The position numbers were made by a program, and so were the translations under genes. A model generated the notes under the pieces. That model worked only from the letters and a program-made list of their open reading frames with translations, did not search any database and was not told where the DNA came from. 64,000 nt of DNA from Mustelus asterias (taxonomy: Eukaryota): assembly GCF_964213995.1 (NCBI RefSeq), contig NW_027590623.1, positions 124,001 through 188,000 of the forward strand. Reading direction: 5' to 3'. This document shows, piece after piece, positions 49,794-61,435 of this stretch (position 1 is its first letter; every line of letters starts with the position of its first letter).

Positions 49794-52495
49794 TAATACA
49801 ATAAAAATGTCAGAAGGGAACCGGAGCAGAACTCGCAGCAGAAAAGCACGGAGTGAATCAACAGCTTCAATCCGCCACTAATGGAGCACCAGATAAAGTT
49901 TCAGTTTTTTGCAGTCTGATTGGCTGGAATCAGACTCTGTTCTTCGGATGTCAGGATGTGGTTTGTTGATCCGCCGCCGCTTCTCTTTCGGGTCACTTAT
50001 GAACAAGTCAGTTGTCAATAACCCAGCGCGCTTCTTTCCTGCAGCTACTTTCATTGATAAAAGTGTTTAAAGTTTAACTGTTCATCAATGAAGGCATTGA
50101 TTTCAAATTGAAATGATCAGTCATGCGAATTCTACTGAAGCTGCAATTCAAATATTCGTTTCAAATGTAACCAGGTCCTCCCGCCTCTCGGCTCTGGCTC
50201 CGTTTTCTCCAGGATTTCAACTGAAGCATCAACGATTTAGTTTGATGTCCCTCCCTCTTCAGGTGAAATCTTAATTATATTATAATCATTCGTACCATGA
50301 CAAGAGGAATATCCTGTTATCATCCCCAAACGTCCCATTTTATAATTTATACGCACGTGCTTCGCCAAACGGTGGCAACATTAAAATAGGGACAAGTGTC
50401 CAGATTTTTTTCACCTGCAAGAATCAAGATTGCTTTCAACAATTGCCGATTCTACATTCTACAAGAGTTCATAGATCATAGAATCCCTACAGTACAGAAC
50501 GAGGCCATTCGGCCCATCGAGTCTGCACCGACCACAATCCCACCCAGGCCCTACCCCCATATCCCTACATATTTTGCCCGCTAATCCACGCATCCCGGGA
50601 CACTAAGGGGCAATTTTAACCTGGCCAATCAACCTATCCCGCACATCTTTGGACTGTGGGAGGAAACCGGAGCACCCGGAGGAAACCCACGCAGACACGA
50701 GGAGAATGTGCAAACTCCACACAGACAGTGACCCGAGCCGGGAATCGAACCCAGGTCCCTGGAGCTGTAAAGCAGCAGTGCGAACCACTGTGCTACCGTG
50801 CTGCCCCACTTTTATACCACTTTCTGGCTTACCAGGAAAAACAGCAAGGACTATGTATAATTAGGTCCAATTTAAATATCTGGAAGATGTTGTCTGATAT
50901 TTCTGCTTTGATTTGTAAACCAATAAATCTATGATTCTATGATTCTAAAACCGCAGACATCTTCGTTTAACGGTAACAAGGACTCTGTGAACAATCTTGG
51001 GTAAACGATTCGAAAGCGGGTAATGACTTTGGAATAAGGGCGGCGGCAATACACCAGAATAATGCCAGGGATGAGGAATTGCGATGCAGATGGACTATGC
51101 AAACTGCAATTCTTCTGGAGTTCTCGGCAAAGAGACAGGTCCGACCCAGAGCGCGATGAACTGAACCACGCGAAGGACAAGGAGGCGAGTTTGAAATACA
51201 CCACAGCCCGAATTGGAATAGGGCTCTGTGCTCCAACAACAACCTGTCCTCCGTTCAAACCATTCCCTCGGAGCAGTCTGAGTTACAGCGGCAAAACTCT
51301 TATAGAATAGAAACCCTACAGTGCAGAAGGAGGCCATTCGGTCCATCGAGTCTGCACCGACCACAATCCCACCCAGGCCCTACCCCCACATATTTACCCG
51401 CTAATCCCTCTAACCTACGCATCTCAGGACTCTAAGGGGCAATTTTTAACCTGGCCAATCAACCTAACCCGCACATCTTCTTATGTACTCTGTTCACTTT
51501 TTTTCCATGTTATTGTCTGGAGTTGTGGATAGTAATGGCTGAGGCTCCAATAAATATCCTCAGCTATCAGGTACTGGCTTTCGAATTGAAGCCGAAGTTT
51601 CTGCCTCAGAGGCACAGACGCGATCCACTGTGACACAGGAGTTCATCTCTTAATATCAAAGGAGGTAGAACAGAGACCGAACTGAGGTGCTCAACATCAT
51701 GTGGTTTTGTTAAAGTAAATCGCATGTCACAGTTTCCGCCGGCAGAACTTTGGAAAACACAAGCGTCTACTTTAGGAGGGGAGAGGGCAATGGAAAGATT
51801 AGATTAATTGATTACTCTGCGATTTGTTAAACTTGGAAGGTGGTCATCGGATCCCGACAGTGCAAAAGGAGGCCATTCGGCCCATCAAGTGTGCATCGAC
51901 TCTTACCCAGGCCCTATCCCCGCGGTGTCTAAAGAGATGGCGGAAAAAGAGATAATAGTAAGTTTCAGAAGGGAATGGGAGATAAGTTGAAAGCAGAAAG
52001 ATGCAGTCACTGTGAGAGATGCGGGATTTGAAAGCTGAATTGAAGAATTCTGTCAATTCTGAATTCTCACATCAATTCTGAATTCTGTCAAGCAAAGATA
52101 CCATGGTCCGAGTGGCCACATCTCCTGCATTGATACGCTATGTTTCTATTTTGTTCATGTCCCTGGCCCCGTTATGCCCCTCCCTCTCTATTTCTTCTCA
52201 GTCACTTGGACAGTGAGCAGGTGCAGAATGGTGACAGATTCCGGAGATGGAAGTCTCGCTATTTCTGTTCCGGGTGCAGCTGAATCTGCCGCACACTTCA
52301 CTCAATATTTTGTCTACTGCATCCCCGCCCACGACTTCCGTTTTCTGCTCTCACTCTGAACCTGTTGTGTGATTGGACGGATTGCTGCCGCTGCTCCATT
52401 CCTCTCATTGGTTGGATCAGCAGTGCAGTGGAACAGTGTCTTTCTGTCTCTGACAGGATTTCACTCATTGCAGAGTTACAGACTCAGGAAGCATC

Positions 52496-52993
52496 ATGGT
52501 GAACTATCTCACTCCCATCCTCATCATTCTCTCACTTCTCAGTAAGTATTTTCTTCCCAGTAAAACTACAAGCTCCTCCTGACAGCTGTAACCCAGATAT
52601 TCTTGTTGGTAAAACAATAGTGATGATGATAATTGTATCGTTTAATCTGAGGCTAACTCTGATTGTCATATTGCTGTTGTTTCTGTTAGAAAGGAGCCAC
52701 CAAGACGAAGTGGAACAATTGGATCCTGGAATAAAGGTTAAAGAGGAAAATGATGTCACACTAACCTGCGCTTTGAAAACAAGCTATTCCAGCCCTTATG
52801 TGTACTGGTACAGTCAGCAGCCCGGGAAAGCTCCAGTGTACATGTTTCAGCTTATTGGAGAGAATGTGCAAAGGAACACCGACCTCAATGACCGGTTTTC
52901 TTCCAAATTTGATAAAAAGAACGAGACTAGCGAGCTGACGATCAGTAACACACTGATTTCCGACAGCGCCGGGTACTTCTGTGCCATGAAACC
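52496..52993 (+). CDS. TCR alpha/delta V segment, open (L 52496-52541, V 52690-52993); mirror of 24025
   Basis: ...DSAGYFCAMKP. RSS: CACACTG 52994-53000, 24 bp, GCAAAAACC 53025-53033. Confidence 0.9.
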
Positions 52994-53055
52994 CACACTG
53001 CTGCAGAGATATAGCGATTGCCGTGCAAAAACCCCAGACTGGCAGTTCCAGTTAG

Positions 53056-53074
53056 TGCCCAGCAGGGTGCGCGC
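53056..53074 (+). promoter_or_regulatory. RSS-adjacent CTCF-like motif
   Basis: TGCCCAGCAGGGTGCGCGC, 22 bp past the nonamer. Confidence 0.5.
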
Positions 53075-54239
53075 GCACACACGCGGGTAATTCAGTTTCC
53101 ACAGAGAGAGTGACAGAGATTCTTAACATTGCAACAAAACACAACACTCAAAAACAGCAACTGGTGTGGTCCAGTTGCAATTACATTAGTTAATGATCGG
53201 AACTTACATTTGCAATATCGATCTGAGATACTTCAACACCTTTTTTTTTCGTTTTCGATGCCTTTCTCATAGAAATCATAGAGACCCTACAGTACAGAAA
53301 GAGGCCATTCGGCCCATCGAGTCTGCACCGACCACAATCCCACCCAGGCCCTACCCCCATATTCCTACATATTTTACCCGCTAATCCCTCTAATCTACAC
53401 ATCCCAGGACACTAAGGGGCAATTTTAGCATGGCCAATCAACCTAACCCGCACATCTTTGGACTGTGGGAGGAAACCGGAGCGCCCGGAGGAAACCCACG
53501 CAGACACGAGGAGAATGTGCAAACTCCACACAGACAGTGACCCAAGCCGGGAATCGAACCCAGGTCCACTGGAGCTGTGAAGCAGCAGTGCGAACCACTG
53601 TGCTACCGTGCCGCCCCTTCTCTGCCTATTTGTTCCAGACAGTCCTTGTCTGCTGATTTATGGAAATTGTGCACATTTCCTTTCCCAGTCTTTAACGTAA
53701 ACATTAAAGCTTTTTCTGTTCCCTTGTACATTAATTCAGGACCTCTCCAATCCGGCTGCTCAGCTATTGGGTCCCATTTTCAATCCACGTCACTGATGAG
53801 GATTTCGCTTTGTACTGAATCACTTACTAACCCGATACTCCTGGTGCAAGAATGCTGGTCCGCAGTGTGGAATGGACATTCAGCTGCCTCTCATATAGAG
53901 AGGCAAAGTTACAGAATTTCCAATTTGACATTGTTATTGAGTTCAGCTCCTTGCAGATAAATCCTAGCTGTCACCACACTGCCTATGGTAGCCCCACCCA
54001 CAGTTTTCCTGTACTGTTCGCACTCTGACCCGTCTCTCCTGTGCTGTTTTCTTGGATATTTCATTGGAGATATTGATCTTTGCTGCTTTTCCCTGTTTGG
54101 CACTGATTGGATCAGCAGTCCAATGGGGAGGCAAGCTATATTTCCACTCTGTTAGGCAAAGATACCATGGGCCGAGTGGCCACATCTCCTGCATTGATAC
54201 GCTATGTTTCTATTTTGTTCATGTCCCTGAGTGGCACAC

Positions 54240-54885
54240 AGCAGAGTGAGAATGGAGGGAGAGTGTGTGGGATGGAGATTTACAGCTTTTGGGGAATGAG
54301 AGAGGAAAGAATGTTCTATAGAACCGAGAATTGTCTGTTCTGAATTTCTATCTTGTACTGACAGTGATGAATTTTGTAAACTCCTTTTACAGGATATCAG
54401 AAGGTGAAGATTTGCAGGCAGAAATGTCAAACCAAATGTCACACTAAGATCTCACAAATTCACTCTATTTATCGGAACCTGAATATCATCAGTCTTTCAA
54501 TTTAGAAGGAGAAATTTTTGCCTGTTCTGTCTTTTTCAGGAGATCTTAAATATCAGTGTGCTTGGAAAAGCACTGAAACACACACACACCTGAGTGAGCA
54601 TGTTCCAGTGTGCACGGACTGTGGAAAGAATTTTAACACAGTCTGAAAAAACATTGCACCATTCACATGAGGGAGAGAAATTAATTGTGTACTGTGTGTG
54701 GACAACGCTTCAACAGATCGTGAAACTAGCAGAGTCACAAGGACACCCGCACCATGGAGAAACGGTGGAAATGTGGGGACTGTGAGAAGGGATTCAATTG
54801 TCCATCAAAGCTGGAAACTCATCGATGCAGAAACACTGGGGAGAGGCCATTCACCTGCTCTCTTTGTGGGAAGGGATTTAGCCAG
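54240..54885 (+). pseudogene. C2H2 zinc-finger pseudogene truncated by a LINE
   Basis: [14 protein letters not shown]...[17 protein letters not shown], then LINE sequence. The upstream region is homologous to the reverse complement of 59330-59630. Confidence 0.8.
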
Positions 54886-56033
54886 ACGAGAGATGAAATC
54901 GCTGGGCCTCTTGACGCAAATCTTTGTCTCGTCACTGGACACAGGTGAGGTCCCAGAGGATTGGAGGATAGCTAATGTGGTCCCGTTATTTAAGAAGGGT
55001 AGGAAGGATCACCCAGGAAATTATAGGCCGGTGAGCTTGACGTCCATGGTAGGGAAGTTGTTGGAGAGGATTCTTAGAGATAGGATGTATGCGCATTTAG
55101 AAAGGAATAAACTCATTAACGATAGTCAGCATGGTTTTGTGAGAGGGAGGTCATGCCTCACTAACCTGGTGGAGTTTTTTGAAGAAGTGACTAGAATGGT
55201 TGATGAGGGAAGGGCCGTGGATGTCGTCTATATGGACTTTACTAAAGCGTTTGACAAAGTCCCTTATGGTAGGCTGGTGCAAAAGGTTGGATCTCATGGG
55301 ATAAAGGGGGAGGTGGCTAGATGGGTGGAGAACTGGCTTGGTCACAGAAGACAGAGGGTGGTAGTGGAAGGGTCTTTTTCCGGCTGGCTGCCTGTGACTA
55401 GTGGTGTTCCGCAGGGCTCTGTATTGGGACCTCTGCTGTTTGTGATTTATGTAAACGATCTGGAAGAAGGTGTAACTGGGTGATCAGTAAGTTTGCGGAC
55501 GACACAAACATGGCAGGACTTGCAGATAGTGAGGAGCATTGTCAGAGGCTACAGAAGGATATAGAAAGGCTGGAAATTTGGGCAAAGAAATGGCAGATGG
55601 AGTTCAATCCAGATAAATGCGAAATGATGCACTTTGGTAGAGCTAATGTAAGGGGGAGCTATACGATAAATGGCAGAACCAGAAAGGGTGTAGATACGCA
55701 GAGGGACCTGGTTGTGCAAGTCCACAGATCCTTGAAGGGGACGTCACAGGTGGAGAAGATAGTGAATAAGGCATATGGCATGCTTGCCTTTATAGGACGG
55801 GGCATAGAGTATAAAAGTTGGGGTCTGATGTTGCAGCTGTATAGAACGTTGGTTTGGCCGCATTTGGAATACTGCGCCCAGTTCTGGTCGCCACACTACC
55901 AGAAGGACGTGGAGGCTTTAGAGAGAGTGCAGAGGAGGTTTACCAGGATGTTGCCTGGTATGGAGGGGCTCAGTTATGAGGAGAGATTGGGTAAACTGGG
56001 GTTGTTCTCACTGGAAAGACGGAGGATGAGGGG
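54886..56033 (+). mobile_element. CR1-type LINE reverse transcriptase fragment
   Basis: [32 protein letters not shown] and KFADD motifs; frameshift at ~55480. Confidence 0.92.
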
Positions 56034-56044
56034 CCAATTTTGAA

Positions 56045-57420
56045 TCCACTTTATCAAATTACCCTGTATCCCATGTGAATATACCTTCTGTACAAGTCTC
56101 CCATGTGGGACATTGTCAAAGGCTTTGCTGAAATCCATACAAACTACATCGACTGCACTACCCTCGTGTTGTGGGGAAATTTCAAGGAGGCCAATTGTGA
56201 CTTAACTTAGACAATTCAAAACTCACAAAGATGTAACAAAATTTATTGAACATAAAACAAGAGAAAACAAAAGCACAGCTGACCGGAGACTTCCAAAAGG
56301 TTTAAATAGCTCGAAGGAATAGAGCCATAGAACCACTCTGAAAGATCTGAAGTACAAAATGAAATAAAGATCAATTATACTTTGTCATAATCAATAATTC
56401 TGCCTTTCATTAGCTTAAAATCAATTTTGTTTACCAGTCATACATCAATACAAATCTCTGTCAAGTACCTCAGCCAACCATATGATACTTAATATCATGG
56501 TGAGATTCTATTCGTCCTTCAAATCCGGACGTCTTTCCCTTTTTGGCTCTAACTACACCTCTGTTGCCTGGTAACAGCAGACGCTACCTCAAGGTCAAAA
56601 TGGACGTTCCCTCCAGCTCACTGCCAAGTTGAATAGACATGTGATCCTGCATCCAGGGGCATGTCTATCCTTGTGTCTGGGCAGTGAATACATCTATTCA
56701 TAAATGTTGCAGAATACGTACCCTCATAGGAATCCCACCTGATAAGACAATTGCTGATTAACCAGTTCCCAGACCTTTGACTTTAAACTAATGTCGTTTA
56801 CCACCATGCCTTTCGGTACCTTTGCTTGACCAAAGTGTACAATACATTAAAATACATTTAAAATATCAGCGTATATGTTTTAAATAATAATTACTTGTTT
56901 TGATTCACTTTCTGCATTTACATATGTGTAAACTGTTTGTTTTAGCTTGCCCGATAATCATTTAACTCTTTACTGATTTCCTGTCCTCTTAAAGACTGCA
57001 TTCTGCCTCTAAATCTTATTAGTTGCTGAGGAATCCCCTTCCATACCTCGTTGACACATCTGGTCACCTCCTCAAAAAATTCAATCAAATTTGTTAGGCA
57101 TGACCTCCCTCTGACGAAGCTATGCTGACTATTCCTAATCAAGCTTTCCCTCTCCAAATGGAGATAGATACTCTCCTTCAGAGGTTTCTTCAATAGTTTC
57201 CCTATCACTGACGTGTGGCTCACTGGTCTGTAGTTGCCTGGTTTGTCTCTACAATTCTCCTTAAATAGCGGAACCACATTAGCTGTTCTCCAGTCGTCTG
57301 GCACCTGTCCCGTCGCCAGAGAGGAATTGAAAATTTGGGTCAGAGCCCCTGCAATCTCCTCCCTTGACTCCCATTGCAGCCTCGGGTACAATTCATCTGA
57401 ACCTGGACATTTATCCATTT
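56045..57420 (-). mobile_element. CR1-type LINE RT fragment split by a solo LTR
   Basis: FFEEVTRCVNEG|SAVDVVCMDFSKAFD is continuous once 56167-57045 and one target-site copy are removed. Confidence 0.85.
56167..57045 (-). mobile_element. Solo LTR with 5-bp target-site duplication CCTCG
   Basis: CCTCG at 56162-56166 and 57046-57050; TG...TA termini with an imperfect inverted repeat; minus-strand AATAAA ~56242. Confidence 0.8.
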
Positions 57421-57844
57421 TAAAGGCCTTGTCCTTCTCTATGTCAATTTGCTCAAGAACCTCAGTCTTGATGGAGCAGGGTCAAGGGGCCAAGTGGCTA
57501 CCCCTTCTAAAATCACTTCTGAGAGAAACACTTCAGGTAAATTCAACAAGAGAACCATGTAACAACCACAGCCCATCTCCATGGCAATGTGGCATGCTTT
57601 GGGGATTCCAAACAGAAATAAGAACTAAATATTTCTTAACTTCCTAACACCTTTTCATTCTGTGATCCTTGTAAAATCTGAAAGCAGGTATTTTCAACAA
57701 GACTCAAAGAGCATCAGCCCACTGGAGGCAAAGTCGTGAGACCGGCCAGTCCAACATCAAGTAATCCTCCCCATTGAGAATGAAAAATATGCAGTCCTGG
57801 AGATAATTGAGAGTAGAAACAATATCAGATTCCAGCACCTGTAA

Positions 57845-59191
57845 TCACTTGTGAACTCGCTGGTGTCTCAACAGGATGGATAAAAGAGTGAATCCCTTCC
57901 CACACTGAGAGCAGGTGAACGGCCTCTCCCCAGTGTGAATTCGCTGGTGTCGCTCCAGGTTGGACAAATGATTAAATCCCTTCCCACACTGAGAGCAGGT
58001 GAAGGGCCACTCACTGGTGTGAACTCGCTGGTGTCTCAACAGGTGGGATGACAGAATGAATCCCTTCCCACAGTCAGAGCAGATGAATGGTCTCTCCCCA
58101 GTGTGAATTCGCTGGTGGGTCTGCATGCTGGAAGAATCACTGAATCCTTTCCCACAATGAGAGCAGGTGAACGGCTTCTCTCCGGTGTGAACTCGCAGGT
58201 GTCTTAACAGGTTGCATAAAAGAGTGAATCCCCTCCCACACTGAGAGCAGGTGAACGGCCTCTCCCCAGTGTGAACTCGCTGGTGTCTCTCCAGGTTGGA
58301 CAAATGATTAAATCCCTTCCCACACTGAGAGCAGGTGAAGGGCCACTCCCTGGTGTGAACTCGCTGGTGTCTCAACAGGTGGGATGACAGAATGAATCCC
58401 TTCCCACAGTCAGAGCAGATGAATGGTCTCTCCCCAGTGTGAACTCGCTGGTGGGTCTGCATGCTGGAAGAATCACTGAATCCTTTCCCACAATGAGAGC
58501 AGGTGAACAGCCTCTCCCCTGTGTGAACTCGCTGGTGTCTCAACAGGTGGGATGACAGAATGAATCCCTTCCCACAGTCAGAGCAGATGAATGGTCTCTC
58601 CCCAGTGTGAATTCGCTGGTGTGTTTGCAGGTTGGATGAATCACTGAATCGCTTCCCACATTGAGAACAGCTGAATGGTCTCTCCCCAGTGTGAACTCGC
58701 TGGTGTCTCCGCAGAGTGGATGACTGAGTGAATCCCTTCCCACACTGAGAGCAGATGAATGGTCTCTCCCCAGTGTGAAATCGCTGGTGTGTCTGAAGGT
58801 TGGATGAATCACTGAATCGCTTCCCACATTGAGAACAGATGAATGGTCTCTCCCCAGTGTGAACTCGCTGGTGTGTCTGAAGGTTGAATGAGTTACTGAA
58901 TCCTTTACCACACTGAGAGCAGATGAATGGCCTCTCCCCTGTGTGAACTTGCTTGTGTCTCAACAGGTGGGATGACAGAGTGAATCCCTTCCCACACTGA
59001 GAGCAAGTGAATGGCCTCTCTCCAGTGTGAACTTGCTGGTGTCTCTGCAGAGTGGTTGAGTGAGTGAATCCCTTCCCACACTGAGAGCAGATGAATGGCC
59101 TCTCTCCAGTGTGAATGCGCCTATGGTTTTCCAGCTCTGATGGAGCTTTGAATGTCTTCTCACAGTCCCCACACTTCCACGGTTTCTTCAT
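57845..59191 (-). CDS. C2H2 zinc-finger protein, 16 tandem fingers, no effector domain visible
   Basis: 448-aa ORF with C-x2-C-x12-H-x3-H fingers and TGERP linkers; likely upstream acceptor at 59497-59496 and donor GTGAGT at 60106. Confidence 0.92.
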   Translation of the reverse strand: MKKPWKCGDCEKTFKAPSELENHRRIHTGERPFICSQCGKGFTHSTTLQRHQQVHTGERPFTCSQCGKGFTLSSHLLRHKQVHTGERPFICSQCGKGFSNSFNLQTHQRVHTGERPFICSQCGKRFSDSSNLQTHQRFHTGERPFICSQCGKGFTQSSTLRRHQRVHTGERPFSCSQCGKRFSDSSNLQTHQRIHTGERPFICSDCGKGFILSSHLLRHQRVHTGERLFTCSHCGKGFSDSSSMQTHQRVHTGERPFICSDCGKGFILSSHLLRHQRVHTREWPFTCSQCGKGFNHLSNLERHQRVHTGERPFTCSQCGRGFTLLCNLLRHLRVHTGEKPFTCSHCGKGFSDSSSMQTHQRIHTGERPFICSDCGKGFILSSHLLRHQRVHTSEWPFTCSQCGKGFNHLSNLERHQRIHTGERPFTCSQCGKGFTLLSILLRHQRVHK

Positions 59192-60630
59192 GTTTTAGGT
59201 CCCGCTGTATCAGTCCAGGTCAGTTTAACAGCTGAAGCCTCATCCACACAACAAACACATGTACAGTCTGTCCCCGCTATGAATGGTGTGATGGTTTTTC
59301 AGCCTCTGTAACTGGTTAATATTCTTTCCACAGTTAGTGCACTGGAACACTCTCACTTGGGTGAGACTGGGCAAACATTCCTCCTTCTAGATTCAAAGAC
59401 CGATGATATTCAGGTCCCAAGGAATCGACTGACTCTGTCAAATCTAGAACGTCACGTCTGAGATTTCTGTCTGTAAATGCTCCCGTTGCAATATCCTGTA
59501 AATGTAGTTTACAAATGCCATCACGGTCAGTACAGGATAGAAATTCAGAACTAACAATTCTATTTTCCTCTCTCATTCCCCAAAAGCTGTAAATCTCCAT
59601 CCCACACACACTCCCTCCATTCTCACTCTGCTGAATCTAATATTCACCCTCCCAATTCTCCTGAAGGTGCTAATTCAGGCTGATCGACAGATCCATGTTC
59701 ACTGCTTCCTGTCCTGGACACAGTTGAAAATCTCCCTGTGGGCTGCCAGACAGATATACTCAAGATGGCGCCGGAGCGAGACGACTTCTTGCAGACTGTG
59801 CCAAAGCATATCTTCTAATTTTATCTTTTACACTTGTTCTATGCGTCGAAAACTGATTCTCTCTGCACCCTCGCTATGACTGTAACACTACATTCTCTCC
59901 TTTCCTTCCCTACGTACGGTATGCTTTGTCTGTATAGCACGCAAGAAACAATACTTTTCACTGTATGTTAATACATGTGACAATAATAAATCAAATCACT
60001 GGACTAAATATGTGTGAATTGTAGCGACTGGATTCATTTCCTTTCCCTTTAGTTGCTGCAAGTCCCCAATTTTTCCCAGAATGAGAAAAGAAAGTGTTTT
60101 ACTCACAGATGTTGGACACAGAAGGAAGTTTGAATCTATCTGAAGCTCAATCTTTGTTCAGAGAGAGGAGGAAGAGGAGCAGCAGCAGTTTGCTGGACAA
60201 ACAATGGAGGATGCTCTGTGCAGCCATTGACACAAGTAACTGAGAGAGGTTTCGGGCAGAGTTTACTGATACATGATCCCGGCAGGATTTACTGTTTGAT
60301 AATCCAGCTGTTTGGCCCCGTTATGAGCACACCTTCCATGGCCATCAAGTCCGGAAGTCGGCCTTGAACCCTTGAAGATTGAGAGGCGATCCCATTGAAA
60401 CAGACTTAAAATTCTTCCAGGGTGTGACAGGGTGGATGTAGATTGGATGTTTCCCCTGGCTGGTGAGACTAGAACCAGGGGACACAATCTCAGAATCAGG
60501 GGCAGACCATTGAAGACTGAGATGAGGAGGAATTTCTTCACTCAGAGGGTGGTGAATCTTTGGAATTTTCTATTCCAGGGGGATGTGGAAGCCCAATCAT
60601 TCAGCATGTTCAAGACGCAAATCGATTGTG

Positions 60631-60768
60631 NNNNNNNNNNNNNNNNNNNNNNNNNNNNNNNNNNNNNNNNNNNNNNNNNNNNNNNNNNNNNNNNNNNNNN
60701 NNNNNNNNNNNNNNNNNNNNNNNNNNNNNNNNNNNNNNNNNNNNNNNNNNNNNNNNNNNNNNNNNNNN
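60631..60768. other. Assembly gap (138 N)
   Basis: Run of N. Confidence 1.
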
Positions 60769-60830
60769 TGTGTTTATTACTGTGTGCGTCTGAGTGTTAC
60801 TGGGTGAGAATATCTGTTTCTCTGTGTTTT

Positions 60831-61141
60831 CATAGAATCCTAGACTCCTGCAGTGCAGAAGGAGGCCATTTGGCCCATTGAGTCTGCACCGACCACAATC
60901 CCACCCAGGCCCTATCCCCATTACCCCATGCATTTACCCGAGCTCGTCTCCCTGACGCGGAGGGACAATTTAGCATGGCCAATGCACCCGAACCAGAACG
61001 TCTTTCAGACTGTGGGAGGAAACCGGAGCACCCGGAGGAAACCCACGCAGACACGGGGAGAACGTGCAAACTCCGCACAGACAGTGACCCAAGCCGGGAA
61101 TCGAACCCGGGTCCCTGGCACTGTGAGGCAGCAGTGCTAAC
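60831..61141 (-). mobile_element. V-SINE
   Basis: Core and tail present. Confidence 0.85.
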
Positions 61142-61142
61142 T

Positions 61143-61435
61143 GTGTGTTTGATGCGTGTGTGTGTGTTTGTGTGTGTGTGCGTTTATTGTTTGTGTGTAT
61201 GATTTGTGTGTGTGCTTTTTGTGCGTGTTTTATGTGTGCTTGTGTGTGTGTGTTTTGTGTGTGTGCGTGCTTTGTGTGTGTGCGTGTTTTGTGTGTGTTG
61301 GTGTGTGCGTGTTTTGTGTGTGTTGGTGTGTGCGTGTTTTGTGTGTGTGCGTGCTTTGTGTGTGTGCGTGTTTTGTGTGTGTTGGTGTGTGCGTGTTTTG
61401 TGTGTGTTGGTGTGTGCGTGTTTTGTGTGCGTACG
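61143..61435. repeat. (TG)-rich compound micro/minisatellite
   Basis: Direct inspection. Confidence 0.9.

Larger units (their letters stand above)
45681..54151. repeat. Right arm of inverted segmental duplication
   Basis: Reverse complement of 22597-30480, plus an extra SINE (47167-47501) and ~220 bp (53568-53788) absent from the left arm. Confidence 0.95.

Noticed and set aside
1-54150. D or J segments with 12-bp RSS
   Set aside because: No 12-spacer RSS or FGxG motif with splice donor found by eye; a computational scan could still find some.
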